Source: Eledone cirrhosa
Lineage: Eukaryota
Length of the DNA: 64,000 bases
Assembly: GCA_964016885.1 (NCBI GenBank)
Contig: OZ024743.1
Span: 194,432,001 to 194,496,000 of the forward strand
Direction of reading: 5' to 3'
Each line of letters starts with the position of its first letter. The stretch's first letter is position 1. Of the stretch, positions 13,813 to 28,515 are shown in pieces. The notes beneath the pieces were generated by a model. That model was not told the origin of the DNA, did not search any database, and was given only the letters and a program-made list of their open reading frames with translations. The translations under genes were made by a program, and so were the position numbers.

Positions 13813-15168
13813 AAGCTTATTAGAACTTTCCTTAAAGACTATTACAGTCTAGATATTACATTTGAAAACACAAGTAAAGTAGTTAATTTCCTAGATATAA
13901 CATTAGACTTATGTACGGGTATCTACCAACCTTACCATAAACCCAACCAAAATTTACACTACATACACTCACAATCTAATCACCCTAAATCTATCCTTAA
14001 AAACCTTGCATATAATATATCACTTAGAATTTCTAACCTTTCATCTAACCAAGATATATTTGATAAAAATGCGACCTTTTATAACGAAGCTCTAGCTAGA
14101 AGTGGCCACAAAAATAGATTAGTATATATACCTTCTACCAATAACACTACAAACATACAACCTAATATTACCAACAAACACCAAATGAAACATACACACC
14201 TAAATGCCACTCACACTATACCCCAAAACACCAACATAAAACCAAATTTCTCTAACTCTTCTAATATACAGTATAGTAACTCTCAAAAAACTACTCATCC
14301 TACAACTCTAATAAATGTTAATAATAAAACTCCTAATAAACAAGCTAAAACACCTAAATCAATAAATCTAACTAAAAATGTGTATGGTGATGTCATTAAC
14401 AATAATTCTCTTAATAAACATCAGGATGCATCCTATAAAAACAATAAACAACATCGAAACCGTAATAGACGAGTTACTTGGTATAATGCTCCATTTAATT
14501 TACAAATTAAGGATAATATACCTAAAAAATTCTTTAATATCCTAGAGAAAAACTTCCCGCCAAACCACAAATACCATCAAAATCTTAAATAGATCAACGG
14601 TTAAATTCTCCTACTCAACAACCAAAACATTAAACAAAATATAAGTGCCTATAATGCATATAAATGTTAAAAAAACATAAGTATACCACCAGTACATCAA
14701 ACTAACCATAATATCTCCTCAGATACAGGATTCACGAAAAGTTGTAACTGTAGAAACAAGGCAAACTGTCCATTAAAAGGAAATTGCCTTGTTAATAACA
14801 TAGTATATAAATGTAAAGTTAACACTAAGGACTCAATTTATTCATATATAGGAGCTACCACTAACAAATTTAAGGTAAGATTTAATACCCACAAACATAG
14901 TTTTAAAAATGCCGCACTAGCTAATACAACATCTCTAGCTGAAATAATTAATAGTTATAGAAAGAGGAATATAGATTATGACCTGACCTGGAGTGTGCTC
15001 AAAAGGGCCACCCCTTATCAAAATAGTAGATATGAATGTAGATTATGTTCCCAAGAACTTTTTGAAATAATGAAATCTAAGGATATCCTATTAAATAAGC
15101 GACAGGAATTAATAATATCGTGTAATCATAAACTGAGAAAAACCTTTAAATATTATAAACCTAATTAA
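13813..15168 (+). pseudogene. PLE RT thumb/C-terminus + GIY-YIG endonuclease (frameshifted)
   Basis: VNFLDITLDL..YHKPN..YIHSQSNHP, RVTWYNAPF, a CNCRNKANCPLKGNC linker, IVYKC..YIGAT..FKVRFNTH and CRLC..E..LLNKRQE..SCNH. Confidence 0.9.
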
Positions 15169-15485
15169 TATACACTTTAGAAATTAATATATAAACTATT
15201 TTTAATTTAGTTAACCTATAATTAATATTCTACTACTGATGAACTACATAATTTTGCTTTCCTTCTTACAACTATCATTTCCTAAAACTGATACCATTAA
15301 GTAAACATATATAATGCTTTAACTTCAGGTTATGACTCTATGTTCCTTGAAAACTATATATATTTATTATTTCTCACTAATAAATTTAATTCCCCACCCC
15401 CAATAATTATATGTATATGTAAGTGTGTATGTGTGTATATATATGTATGTATGTATGTATGTATATATGCATGTATATATGCATG

Positions 15486-15518
<33 letters not shown>

Positions 15519-16246
15519 GTGTATATCTATGTGTATATATATGTGTGTATATGTGTGTGTGTATGTGTATATATATGTGTATATATATATATATAAGTAT
15601 ATATATATATTATTTTTATATTCTTTTAATTTCCCCTCATCTTTAACAGCACTTTTCAACTGCATCTAACTCTTATTTATCATATCTATATGTATTAGTA
15701 TAATTTTATCAATATAAATATACCCATCAATTAAATTAATTTGTATTCTTTTTTTATAGATGTATTTTTTTCACTAACATTCTTATCGTAAAACTTTAGT
15801 CACCTTAGATATTTGTATTGGCATTACTATTTTATAACAGCAACTGCTTGTATACCTTTTACTGACCACCTGACCTATTTTCACCCCTAAAATAAGCTTC
15901 AATTACTACTATTTTACCATTTGGCCAATTATTAACTTTCTATTGGTTAATTCTAAACCTCTTACCAAACAGACAGAATATATTAGATCTTTGTTGGTTT
16001 TATTCAATGAACAAATAAAATTATTTCTGAGGTCAGCATAAGACGTATTTCTTCCCTAAAATAATCCTTCATTCATAATATTCTTTTCCATCCAAAACTG
16101 AAATCTACCTTCCTCTACCCATAATTTAAGGTTCTTCTACTACTATATTACTACCTTGACCCTCACTATCTCTCTATTGGTCAATTCAAAACCTGTTTTC
16201 AAACAGACCTATTGTATTGAATCTTTGTTTTTTCAATAAACAAATA

Positions 16247-16388
16247 TCATTATTTCTGAAGACAGCATATATATGTGTAGATATGTATATTCCCTCTGAT
16301 AGTTTGTATAAATATTGTACATATATCTATAGAATATGCATACCAACTCTAATACATATATATCCTAGAAACGATCGTAAAATGATGA
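16247..16388 (+). ncRNA. Type I hammerhead ribozyme with long stem II
   Basis: TCATTATTT-CTGAAGA-[~105 nt stem II]-GAAA-CGATCG-TA-AAATGATGA. Stem I pairs over 9 bp, stem III is palindromic, and the cleavage site is GUA. Confidence 0.75.
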
Positions 16389-16438
16389 ATTTTTTTTAAT
16401 ATAAGGAACTGTTTCTTTGTTTATTCATTATTTTATTA

Positions 16439-16469
<31 letters not shown>

Positions 16470-16658
16470 GATAATTTAATATATCAACTAACATAAGCGC
16501 ACAGATGCACGTCCATGCCAGCAAATACACAGGTTATGTCATAGTACCTAGGTGGTTCAATGCAGGAGGATGCAGAACAATAATATAAAAGACGTAAAAT
16601 AAGAAAATATTTTTTTTTAAATTTTAAAAAAATTTTTTACTTACTTACTTAAATTTTC

Positions 16659-16740
16659 ACTCCAACTAATTAGTTTCTGCAATGGGATAAAGACAGTTAC
16701 GTAATCCAACTGTCGATAATTCATTGCGTCATCAGGGAGT
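16659..16740 (-). ncRNA. Type I hammerhead ribozyme
   Basis: Mirror copy of 17398-17479. Confidence 0.75.
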
Positions 16741-17397
16741 CTATTCTCAGCTGAGTCTCCAGGCAATGCGCAGACACTGGCGGCTCATATAAAAATAATA
16801 ATAATTCGGTAGATAGAACAGCTGGCGAGGACTGGATTCTATGTACTGAAATTCTCACTGCTTCTAGTCAAATGGCCGATTCTAAAGAATCAATCACGTG
16901 ACACAGAGGCTAGTTAGAAGGAATGGGATGGTAAGATGACTGACGCCTACTAACACCCCAAAAAATTTTAGAAGTGGTTTTGGCAGGTTTGCTCGACAAA
17001 TCAGTGATTTGGAGATAAATATAGATAATTTAATATATCAACTAACATAAGCGCACAGATGCACGTCCATGCCAGCAAATACACAGGTTATGTCATAGTA
17101 CCTAGGTGGTTCAATGCAGGAGGATGCAGAACAATAATATAAAAGACGTAAAATAAGAAAATATTTAAAAAAAAAATTTTTTTTAAATTTTTTACTTGTC
17201 ATCTTACCATCCCATTCCTTCTAACTAGCCTCTGTGTCACGTGATTGATTCTTTAGAATCGGCCATTTGACTAGAAGCAGTGAGAATTTCAGTACATAGA
17301 ATCCAGTCCTCGCCAGCTGTTCTATCTACCGAATTATTATTATTTTTATATGAGCCGCCAGTGTCCGCGCATTGCCTGGAGACTCAGCTGAGAATAG

Positions 17398-17479
17398 ACT
17401 CCCTGATGACGCAATGAATTCTCGACAGTTGGATTACGTAACTGTCTTTATCCCATTGCAGAAACTAATTAGTTGGAGT
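17398..17479 (+). ncRNA. Type I hammerhead ribozyme
   Basis: ACTCC-CTGATGA-C-GCAATG...CATTGC-A-GAAA-CTAATTAG-TT-GGAGT. Palindromic stem III; GUU site. Confidence 0.78.
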
Positions 17480-17546
17480 GAAAATTTAAGTAAGTAAGTA
17501 AAAAAATTTTTTTAAATTTTTTTAAAAAATATTTTCTTATTTTACG

Positions 17547-17649
<103 letters not shown>

Positions 17650-17653
17650 CATT

Positions 17654-17770
<117 letters not shown>

Positions 17771-17774
17771 GTGT

Positions 17775-17818
<44 letters not shown>

Positions 17819-19862
17819 CTATACACAGGTGACAACTCAGATACTATGTGCGTGTGATTAAAATGTCTCAGGAAAGAATCGCTGTATATCATGGGCAAGG
17901 ACACGAGCGTAAAATTGTCATTAGAAATAACAACCAACATAAACTGTCTAACAACTCAACATTTAAGAAGTAGCAAATATCATATATAAGTAAAATGTGT
18001 CATTAATATACTTTACATCTCGATAAATCAGATTGCTAAAAAAATCTTAATTTAGAGAAGCGTATGAATATAGATTTATCTTAAATGAACTGTCTTAATA
18101 TATTGAGATGGTCAATTCTGTTCTTTGCACTCAAATCTAGGCGAGGTTAACCTCATCATTTTGGGGTCAATAAATATCATACCAGTTCAATATTGGGTTT
18201 AATCTTCCTCTGTATCATTGTCTCACATTTTGCTCTCTCTCATAAAATGTTCAAGCCTCACCATTCCATTAGTAGCTAAGGTATTCTTGATAGCAAAAGT
18301 AATGTATATCTGCACATGAGTGAAAAAGTGTACATTGTTCTAAAATAGAATATTGTATTTACACACATTATATTTCTTCATTTATGTATTAATATAAGTT
18401 TACGATACATAATTTTCTCATTTAAATTAATGTTTATTCTTCTTAGAATAATGTTTTCTTAATTGAAATATCCATTTAAAAGAAGTATTATTTTTAATGT
18501 TTAGCTAATATTTTACACGTGATTGACAAAATGCTATAACAAATATATGAACAATATCGTATGTATGCAAACACATACATACTCACACATGCACATACGC
18601 ACACGCACACAGATACATATAAATATATATTAATATAAAATAAACATGTTCTTATTCCGTACGTTGTGTGTGTTTGTATTAAAAAGGAAGAAGTGAGAGA
18701 ATCGAGGCGTTTGCAAGACGATGTGGAGGACAGACAGCGTTAGTAATATTGGTTTCAGATTTAGGCACACGGCCAGCAATTTTGGGGGAAGGGGGAGAGT
18801 CGATTAAATCGACATCAGTTCGTTACTGGTACTTTATGTTGTCAACCCTATAAGGATGAAAAGCAAACGATACAATACAATGAAGAAATATATTAGTTTA
18901 ACGATGATTATAATGGGTAAAGTGTTTTTACGTTTTGGACACTAGTCCTTCATCAGAAGATAGAATGATAATTAGAAGATGAAATAGAAAGATAGAGAGT
19001 GAGAAGAGGAAGAAACGGAAAAACAGAAAAAAACGTGTTTATTCAGTCAGTTTGGCGCTTGTGCTTTCTTTCATGTTTGTGTAATTGCAAACACGAATAC
19101 AGAATAACATGCCTTGCCTATGCTATTAGCGGGAAATAAATATGAATACTCATTCTCCTAAGGCAATGAAAGCGTAAATGATTGGTGTGTTTTGTATAAC
19201 TGGTAAGCATATTGATACATAAATATTTACACTTCCCCATTGATCATAATTTGGCAACAATTCTTCACAACTCTATTCTACTAATATGAACCAGTGTAGC
19301 TGCAATTTCAGACTATTGATACTCCATTAATAACATGAAAACTTCTGCGGTGGTTGACACATTTCTTCCCTGATTTCTGGAAATGTAATTATCTAACAAC
19401 ATAAACACTTGTAGAAACATAGAGGAAATTATAAGTTTATTTTCATTCGCTGTCCACCTCTGCCGATGGAAATTGCCGAAATATAAATAATGATAGGAAC
19501 CGTTAAACAGAAAGGGAAATATTTAAACATAGATTTAAACTCAATGATCGCTTAACATTACTTTTCTGTCTAAAGATGACGTCTTTTTTTCATAAACTAT
19601 TGATTAATGATAACTGCAATGAAAAGCTTCCTAAATTTAGACGCAAGGGAGTACATATTTGTCACGTTTCATTCAAGATATTAGGACTTCGTCTTTTATA
19701 TGTGAAGTTAGCTGGTAACTTCTTGTCATACGATTGAATAATGAAAGAGGTTATGGTTTCTCGTTACAAGAAATAAACATATATTTACAGCATATTAAAG
19801 TTTTCAGGCCATTGCAATGACTTCGCTATATCTCTTTCCTCTCCTTCTTTCTCTCGCTTTAT

Positions 19863-19947
<85 letters not shown>

Positions 19948-20157
19948 AGAAATATGGACGAGGTGTGTCAAATTTTCATCAACTTTATTCAGCGTTTCGC
20001 GATCAGCTCGAGGTTCGATCTCTATTGATTGGGTCCAACACTGGAATAAGAAACTTATCAGACTTTCGTTAGACTAATGACGGAATGAGTCACATACAGA
20101 ATTAAAAAATATATATATTTGTACTCATTATACATACGTACACACACACATTTATAC

Positions 20158-20233
<76 letters not shown>

Positions 20234-20444
20234 CTGATTGCTGTACTCTACTGTGTAGTGAATATTTGAATTCCATTATTATAGGTTTCTGAGAAAGTGT
20301 AATCAAGTATCACGTATTGATTGAACAATATATATTATAGACAACATATGTAGAAAATTTATAATAGACACAGAAGCATATGTTAAAGTAAATATATCCC
20401 TAATCTTTCACGTCGACGTTTCATTTTTCTTGGTGCAATACTAG

Positions 20445-20483
<39 letters not shown>

Positions 20484-20814
20484 TCGCAAAAATCGGTCAT
20501 TTGTGCAGCAAATGGAAAATTTGTCTGAATTATCTCCTACGATTGGAAAGGTGCAATAGTATGTTTGATTAAATATATTGCTTTGTATATGTTTTTACAC
20601 AACGTTTTGACAAAATAGGAACCAATAATATTCCAATGGTATTGTTAGAATCGAACTCGCTTCGAAATTAATCTTCCTTTTACAACCGTATATATATATA
20701 TACGCCAGGACTAGCAACTGCTAACTTTGGTCGTCTTCTCGTCTTGGGCATTTCTCTCTGCTTTTCAGCCCCTTGGATTGTGTCTATTATTATATTCCTC
20801 TGTTGGATAAAATT

Positions 20815-20878
20815 CGGAATATCTGATGATGTCACCGGATTCATACTGAACCCGGTCATTGAAATGTTCATAACATAA
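20815..20878 (+). ncRNA. Degenerate hammerhead motif
   Basis: CTGATGA, a stem II containing ACCGG...CCGGT, then GAAA-TGTTCA-TA. Stem I is poorly paired. Confidence 0.4.
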
Positions 20879-21070
20879 TAAATCTTTAAGGAATTACACC
20901 AGTCCAGCCTCCTGTCATTTTATAATAATTAACTCCATACTTCCACCACCAACAAATAACACAAACGAAGACTGATGAGTTGCATTACGTCGAGTGCTCT
21001 CCCTAATATTACATCAAGGTTGACTATACGGAATGAGCAGTTCTATCCAGTGGAGAACCAACAAAACTAA

Positions 21071-21129
<59 letters not shown>

Positions 21130-21185
21130 TTCGTTTCTGAATTGGTTTAGCAAGATTCTTTATCTGAAAACGTGTGTTTGAACCG

Positions 21186-21697
21186 ATATTATTATACTTT
21201 GGGAGGGTCATGTTGCCAATACGAAACACACGCACATCGGGCTTTCACTTCAATTTATTATAGATTTATAAATTTAAAAAATTATAAATTTCCGGTTGGT
21301 TGGTTGGTTGGTTCCACAACCAGATGGTTGTTTATATATTGTCAAAGTTCTTTCGTCACACATTCTGTGACATCTTCAGTAACTGGGGGTTCTTTTCTTT
21401 GGTTTTTTGTGCCTCTTCTTTGTTCTGTCCTACGCCATCAAAACAAGATGGCGTAGGACAGAACAACGGAGAGGCACAACAAAACAAAAAAACAAAGAAA
21501 AGAACCCCAGTCACTGAAGTGGTCACAGAATGTGTGACAAAAGAACTTTGACAATATATAAACAACCATCTGGTTGTGGTACCAACCAACCAACCGGAAA
21601 TTTATAAATTCCTAAATTTATAAATTTATTATAATAAATTGAAGTGAAAGCAACTGGTGCGTGTGTTTCTTATTGGCAACATGACCCTCTCAAATAT

Positions 21698-21702
<5 letters not shown>
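21186..21702. mobile_element. ~510-bp foldback (palindromic) element in (TA)n
   Basis: The arms are imperfect reverse complements, centred on GTTCTGTCCTACGCCATC-AAAACAA-GATGGCGTAGGACAGAAC (~21443). Confidence 0.85.
21341..21383 (-). ncRNA. Minimal type I hammerhead ribozyme
   Basis: Minus strand: GTTA-CTGAAGA-T-GTCACA-GAATG-TGTGAC-GAAA-GAAC-TT-TGAC. Confidence 0.6.
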
Positions 21703-21760
<58 letters not shown>

Positions 21761-21764
<4 letters not shown>

Positions 21765-22351
21765 AATCCATACGTACATATATATATATGTGTGCATGTA
21801 TGTATATATATACATACTACTGTACGTCTGTATACATATATGTATGTACGTGTACATACTTATATTTAAGTAACAGCCGTACTAAGAGTGGGAAATGAAA
21901 TTTCGTTTTATTGTTCCGTTTATCGTTTTCAGTGCACCCGGCCGATAAACCCACTCGATATGCAAATTGGGCTACTCAGCCGTTAATATGCATAAGGAAA
22001 GTATATACTTTCAGACGTTCATCAATCTGGCAGGAAGGTATACGTTGCTGACGATAGCTAATAAGCTTGAAACTAGTACAGCGTTCCTTTGTCAGTGTTG
22101 AACAAACGAGAAACGATGGTTGCTAGACACTACGGCTTAATACGGGATGTTTGTTTACAAAAACACCGAGCATTATAATAAATGTTTGGTGAATCCATAC
22201 GTACATATATATATATGTGTGCATGTATGTATATATATATATATACATACTACTGTACGTCTGTATACATATATGTATGTACGTGTACATACTTATATTT
22301 AAGTAACAGCCGTACTAAGAGTGAGAAATGAAATTTCGATTCATTTTTTCC

Positions 22352-22357
<6 letters not shown>
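21761..22357 (+). mobile_element. 427-bp-unit partial tandem element with a hammerhead (retrozyme/pLTR-like)
   Basis: 21761-21923 is directly repeated at 22188-22357, with the HHR in between. (TA)n on both sides. Confidence 0.7.
22042..22084 (+). ncRNA. Minimal type I hammerhead ribozyme
   Basis: ACGTTG-CTGACGA-T-AGCT-AATA-AGCT-T-GAAA-CTAG-TA-CAGCGT. Palindromic CTAG stem III; GUA site. Confidence 0.8.
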
Positions 22358-22408
<51 letters not shown>

Positions 22409-22728
22409 ACGTTTTTAGAACTCAATGTGTCCTTGGAAAGATGGTTGTAGCGAGATAGGTGGTATGATAAATAGTTTTTGTGGTAGCTGATCACCGCTTA
22501 ACGTTTCTTCGAAGGAGATTCATCCAGGTTACAGAGTCATTTACTTATATTAGTTTGTGCATAGAACAATGAAAAAAAACGACAGAAGTCGGGCGTAGGT
22601 AATTAATTAGATCGTACTGGGGGTCGAATGATTGATGTATCGACTAGCATGATAGTGTTTATGAATTTACCTATTACTAGTCTCTAAATTCCTGTTTCAT
22701 CGACCCTCTGCTTCAGAAATTTTTCTAT

Positions 22729-22823
<95 letters not shown>

Positions 22824-24061
22824 CGCACACACGCACACACGCACACACACAAACCCACACACACACACATATATATATGTATATATATATATAGCCGTCG
22901 AAACGGCTCGAGCTCTGCCGTCGGGGTCTTGAACATTTTCCTATATATTGATATAGATAGATATAGATATAGATATATACATTTCATTCCGAAGGAGTCG
23001 ACTTTTTAAATTGATATCTGTTATAATATACAATTAGTTTATATACACTACCTTACAGAATTATGTATGAGCTAATCTTGAAATCCAGATACTCTTCGTT
23101 ATATATTCCATAATCACAGATAAAATCAGTTTTCTTACTGGCGTTTGTTATATAGGTTATCTATAGTTTTATATAACAAGTGTTTTGTGCTTCCTACATA
23201 TTTCGTGCTTTTAAATAAAATAAAAAAAAATCATTTTTGCTAAATTGTTTGATGTTTGCTCGTAAATTACCTTATAATTAATTACTTACTCATTTGCATT
23301 CAACTATAAACAGGAATCACTTTTTATAGCTGCGAAATTTGTGAAAGACACCTACAAGATTTTAATCGATTTCTATCAGCTGCCATCATATCAATTTTAG
23401 CAATTTCCAACAAAATATGCTTTCCACCCCATAAACTTTATACCACTTCACACATTTTCAATAAGTTGTTTTTTACAGCACATTAGTATACTTTAGGCAG
23501 TTAGAAGTTTCATAATTGACTTAAAGTATTGAATACACCTGGATATCGCTTATATTGCGAAATTCTCTTTCTCCCACCTCTTTCTCTACACATACGAGAT
23601 ATTTGTGTGTCTGAGTGTATCGAAGAGAATACATAGAAGCCTAGTTACCTCGTGTTCAGATATTTCCATGGATGTCTAAATTAAATCGTAGGTAGGTTTA
23701 ATATTTTATAAACGTAGGCATGTGCTTTTCATAATACACAATCTCTCTATTTATTGACCTCAGAGAAGATAATTTCATCTCTTCCAATTTCTGTAAATAT
23801 TCAATACCAATATATTTGAATGTGCGAGAAATAGAACAGCAAAGTTGCTATTTGTTGACATAATTTAGTTAACTGTCAACGCAATTAATCGAATATCACG
23901 TGTGTTATTTCCAAATAAGTAAACGAGAATTAGCGAAGGAGGAAGCTATACGAACCATCCGAAACGCCTTGAGTGGCTGAAACAACTGTTAGAAATAGCA
24001 GCCATTCCACTTCAAATTATATTCTAATTTCTTTAAAATAAAGGAAGGTTATATTCGATAA

Positions 24062-24572
24062 TGCATTCACCCATCAGTCTGCCAGATCCTGGCTAGACAA
24101 GAACAATATAACAACAAAAATATGACAAAAACAATGAGCAATCATAAGATACAGTCAATATATCATTGACATCTGGTTTGCAGTAAAAGAGTCATTCGCT
24201 AGAAACAAAAACTTAACAACCTTCCATCATTAACAATAATGGAGCTAAAGGCGAGTGAGGCACTGCCCCTTGGAGCAGATACAAACTATACAGTGTAGAA
24301 ATGCATAAATAGACTAAGATCTGGTATAGGACGTACAAAAGTCACTCTTGTAAAATGAGGATATTTAAAGGATGGGGACGTTGTGTGTGACTGCAGCATC
24401 AAACAACAGACTACGCAGCACCTCCTGATATACCCGTTGCTGGAACAACCCTGCACAGCATTGGGCTTGGCAGAGTTTAATGAGAAAGGGTAACAATGTG
24501 TTCAGCTGTACTGGAACCACATCTAGCCAAGCTTTGTAACTGACACTCTTATGGACACGACGAGAAGAAGAA
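24062..24572 (+). mobile_element. 3' fragment of a Vingi/Ingi-like LINE
   Basis: Reads LPLGADTNYTV*KCINRLRSGIGRTKVTLVK*GYL...CDCSIKQQTTQHLLIYP (C-terminal CCHC-like), with a (GAA)-type tail. Confidence 0.65.
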
Positions 24573-25061
24573 TCTGATTTGCAAACCGGGCATTGGAAAA
24601 TATTTCCGATATTATTCCAAATATTCCAAACCTAGATACAATTAGGATCTTTCACATTTATACATGGATTATACATGATCTAATATCATTGAAACATAAA
24701 AAAAAAACCTTCTAATTGTTTTACTTGAGAGTGAGAGAAAGATCTAAATATATGTGTGTGTGTGGGGGGGGGGGGGGGGTTGAATGTTATTTTAAAATGA
24801 TGATTCAAAATACAGTAAAGTCACTAGATTTTTGTCGAACTTTTCATTTTGTCCTGTAACATTATTACGAAATTTAACGGAAAAGAACGTGACCAGTGAT
24901 ACAAGTTTTAAAATCAAATATTGTCGTACCATCTTAGGCTATATTGTGAAACATTTTCATCATTCATACAATTTGAGAAGGGCGAGCGATGATAAGGTTG
25001 AGTGACTACGTTGATAATCCTTTAGTGAAGTCGATTTAATATTATCGTTATTACAAAACAA

Positions 25062-25280
25062 TGGTGGATTGTCAGCATCAGTAAAGCGTCGGACAACATG
25101 TTTTGCGGCATATTGTTACTGCCCTTTACGTTTTGAGTTCAAATCCCGCCGAGGTTAGCTTTGCCTTTCATTCTTACGGGGTCGATAAAATAGAATATCA
25201 ATAAGCACTAGGGTCGATTCAATCAAATTGTCTCCTTCCCTTCAAATTACTGGCTTTGTGCCAAATGTAGAAACTATTAT
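25062..25280 (+). mobile_element. tRNA-derived SINE
   Basis: GAGTTCAAATCCCGCCGAGG plus the conserved core. Confidence 0.8.
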
Positions 25281-25756
25281 TACCAATGCCTTGCGGTGTT
25301 CATAAACTAAAACATCAATTGCTGAGCTCGACATAACCAATTCCCTAAATGTGTAGCCGCTCCGCTTTTATCAGAAATTGATACTGATTTTATTTTAGCT
25401 AAAATTCGTCATCTATCGAGGGTCAAAACACATATTATCAGTCAATTACTGGTTTATATTAAATCAGCAAAATGCTCCCCTCAAAACTAAAAGACAAAGT
25501 TGAGTAAATGCTCCTACGTACTTTATTAGTTGTACGTTATCACCCCTAGAAGTATTGAAGCAAAACTTAGATTTGAAGGGAAAAAAGCAACGTGACGAAT
25601 AATATGTTCTAATTTAGGCATAAGGCCTGAAATTTACGGGCGTACTGTCGGCCTTAGAGCCCTTTACTGCCATTAATGATAGAAATGCAAATAAGAGGAT
25701 TTGCGTCTTCATATATCTTACCTCGTTTTTTTTTATTATTGTGTCATATAAAATAG

Positions 25757-26070
25757 GGTGGTGGATTGGCAGTATCGGTAGAGCGTCAGATGCCATGTTT
25801 TTCACCATAATTACGTTCCGAATTCAAATCTTGCCAAGTTTAGTTTTGCCTTTCATCCTTACAGAGTCGATAAAATAATGTACCTGTAATGCACTGGTAG
25901 CGCTCCAATCGACTTACCCATCCCTTGAAATTGCTGGGATAAATCAGAAACCGTTATATTGTCATATAAATTAGTTACATTCTGAGTTTAACTCTTACTT
26001 TCATCCTTCCGAGGTCAATAAAATAAAGTTCACTGCTGGTCGATTTACTCAAATTTACCCTTTCCCCAAA
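25757..26070 (+). mobile_element. tRNA-derived SINE plus an adjacent SINE fragment
   Basis: A box TGGCAGTATCGGTAGAG and core. A second core TTTCATCCTTCCGAGGTCAATAAAATAAAG lies at ~26000. Confidence 0.75.
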
Positions 26071-26332
26071 ATGCAGGAATAATTTATGGATTATAGTAAA
26101 ATTAGGTTATGATAAGGTTAGGAGATAATGAAGATTTGAATTGTGGTTAGTTTTGCATGGTGGTTAAATATAGGGTTTGGTTATCATATATCAAATACTT
26201 TATAAACTGCGGAAGTATATATTTTCAAATTAACAAGGAGTGTTTGAGGACAATGCGGCCACGATCCTATCAGGAGGAGGAGGAAGAGCAAGAAGAAGAA
26301 GAAGAAGAAGAATTAATTAACTAAAAATAAAA

Positions 26333-27278
<946 letters not shown>

Positions 27279-27316
27279 AATTAATTAATTTCTGATTAGT
27301 GACTATTATTTATACG

Positions 27317-27502
27317 TGGACTGGCAGTATCGGTAGAGGGTCGGACGCCATGCTTTCCAGCATAGTTACGTCCCTTTACGATCTGAGTTCAAATCCCGCC
27401 GAGGTTGACTTTGCCTTTCATCCTTACGGGGTCGATAAAATAAAGTACCAGTAATGCACTGGGTATGTTGCTGGCCTTGTGCCTAAAGTAGAAACAATTA
27501 TT
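27317..27502 (+). mobile_element. tRNA-derived SINE
   Basis: A and B boxes and core are intact. Confidence 0.88.
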
Positions 27503-27588
27503 TATACACTGAATGATTATTTTTTGTTTCAGACATTATTGCAAATGTCATTGTAATGTTTCCTGTTTATAATCAGTTAACTATCATA

Positions 27589-27880
27589 TAATTGTTTCTA
27601 CTTTTAGCACAAGGCCAGCAATTATTCCAGTGCATTACTGGTACTTTATTTTACCGACCCCCTAAGGATGAAAGGCAAAGTTAACCTCGGCGTGATTTGA
27701 ACTCAGATCAAAAAGGCTTCAAAGCATGGTGTCCGACCCTCTACCGATACTGCCAATCATATAATGGTCTCTATATAGGCAGAAGTCCAACAATTTTGGG
27801 GAGGGGAAAGTCTATTAAATCGACCCCAGTCCGTACTTTATTTTAGTGACCCCTGGTACTTTATTTTAGCGACCCCGTAC
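27589..27880 (-). mobile_element. tRNA-derived SINE plus a 3' fragment of a related SINE
   Basis: Reverse-complement core, B box and A box at 27589-27758, followed by a fragment. Confidence 0.8.
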
Positions 27881-28481
27881 TACTAGCAAGAAACATATTC
27901 TTCTCATAATTTACCTTTTACTTACAGAATATAATGAAAGATTCGTATTTAACATTTCACTTGAGGAATTTATCAGTCTGCCAATATTATTTGTTTCTCT
28001 ATCTGTTTATCTCCTCCACCGGTCAATATAAATGAATAGAAACACACACACATATACATATAGACGCACACACACTCTCACACACATACACACACACACG
28101 TACATAGAGATACACAATAGCACGTACACACAAAGAAAGGCACATATACAGACACATACTAATGCAATTTCTCGAAGTGTGGTCATTCAGTGGAAACTCT
28201 AAGTACTTTACAATCTAAATTATCAATAAACACTATAAATTCTGTCACACATATTTGTATGGTCTGACATTTGAAAAATATTCGCTTCACACACGCATAT
28301 ATATATATATATATATATGTATCTATGTATGTACGTAAGTATATATATACATATATATATGTATATATATACTTACGTACATACATAGATACATATAAAC
28401 AGACACACACACACACATATATATATGAATATATATACATATGCATATATCTACACACATATATATATGTACACGAATATA

Positions 28482-28515
<34 letters not shown>

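Larger units (their letters stand above)
12530..16444 (+). mobile_element. Penelope-like element, 5'-truncated, with inverted pseudo-LTR
   Basis: 12664-13812 is the reverse complement of 15324-16444. The central region encodes the RT C-terminus and GIY-YIG. Flanked by (TA)n. Confidence 0.92.

Noticed and set aside
18925-18962. Additional hammerhead-like cores (also ~15236, 19462, 20972, 22495-22530, 22690-22722, 58170-58195)
   Set aside because: Core nucleotides are mutated or GAAA/stems are missing, so they are at best dead relics.
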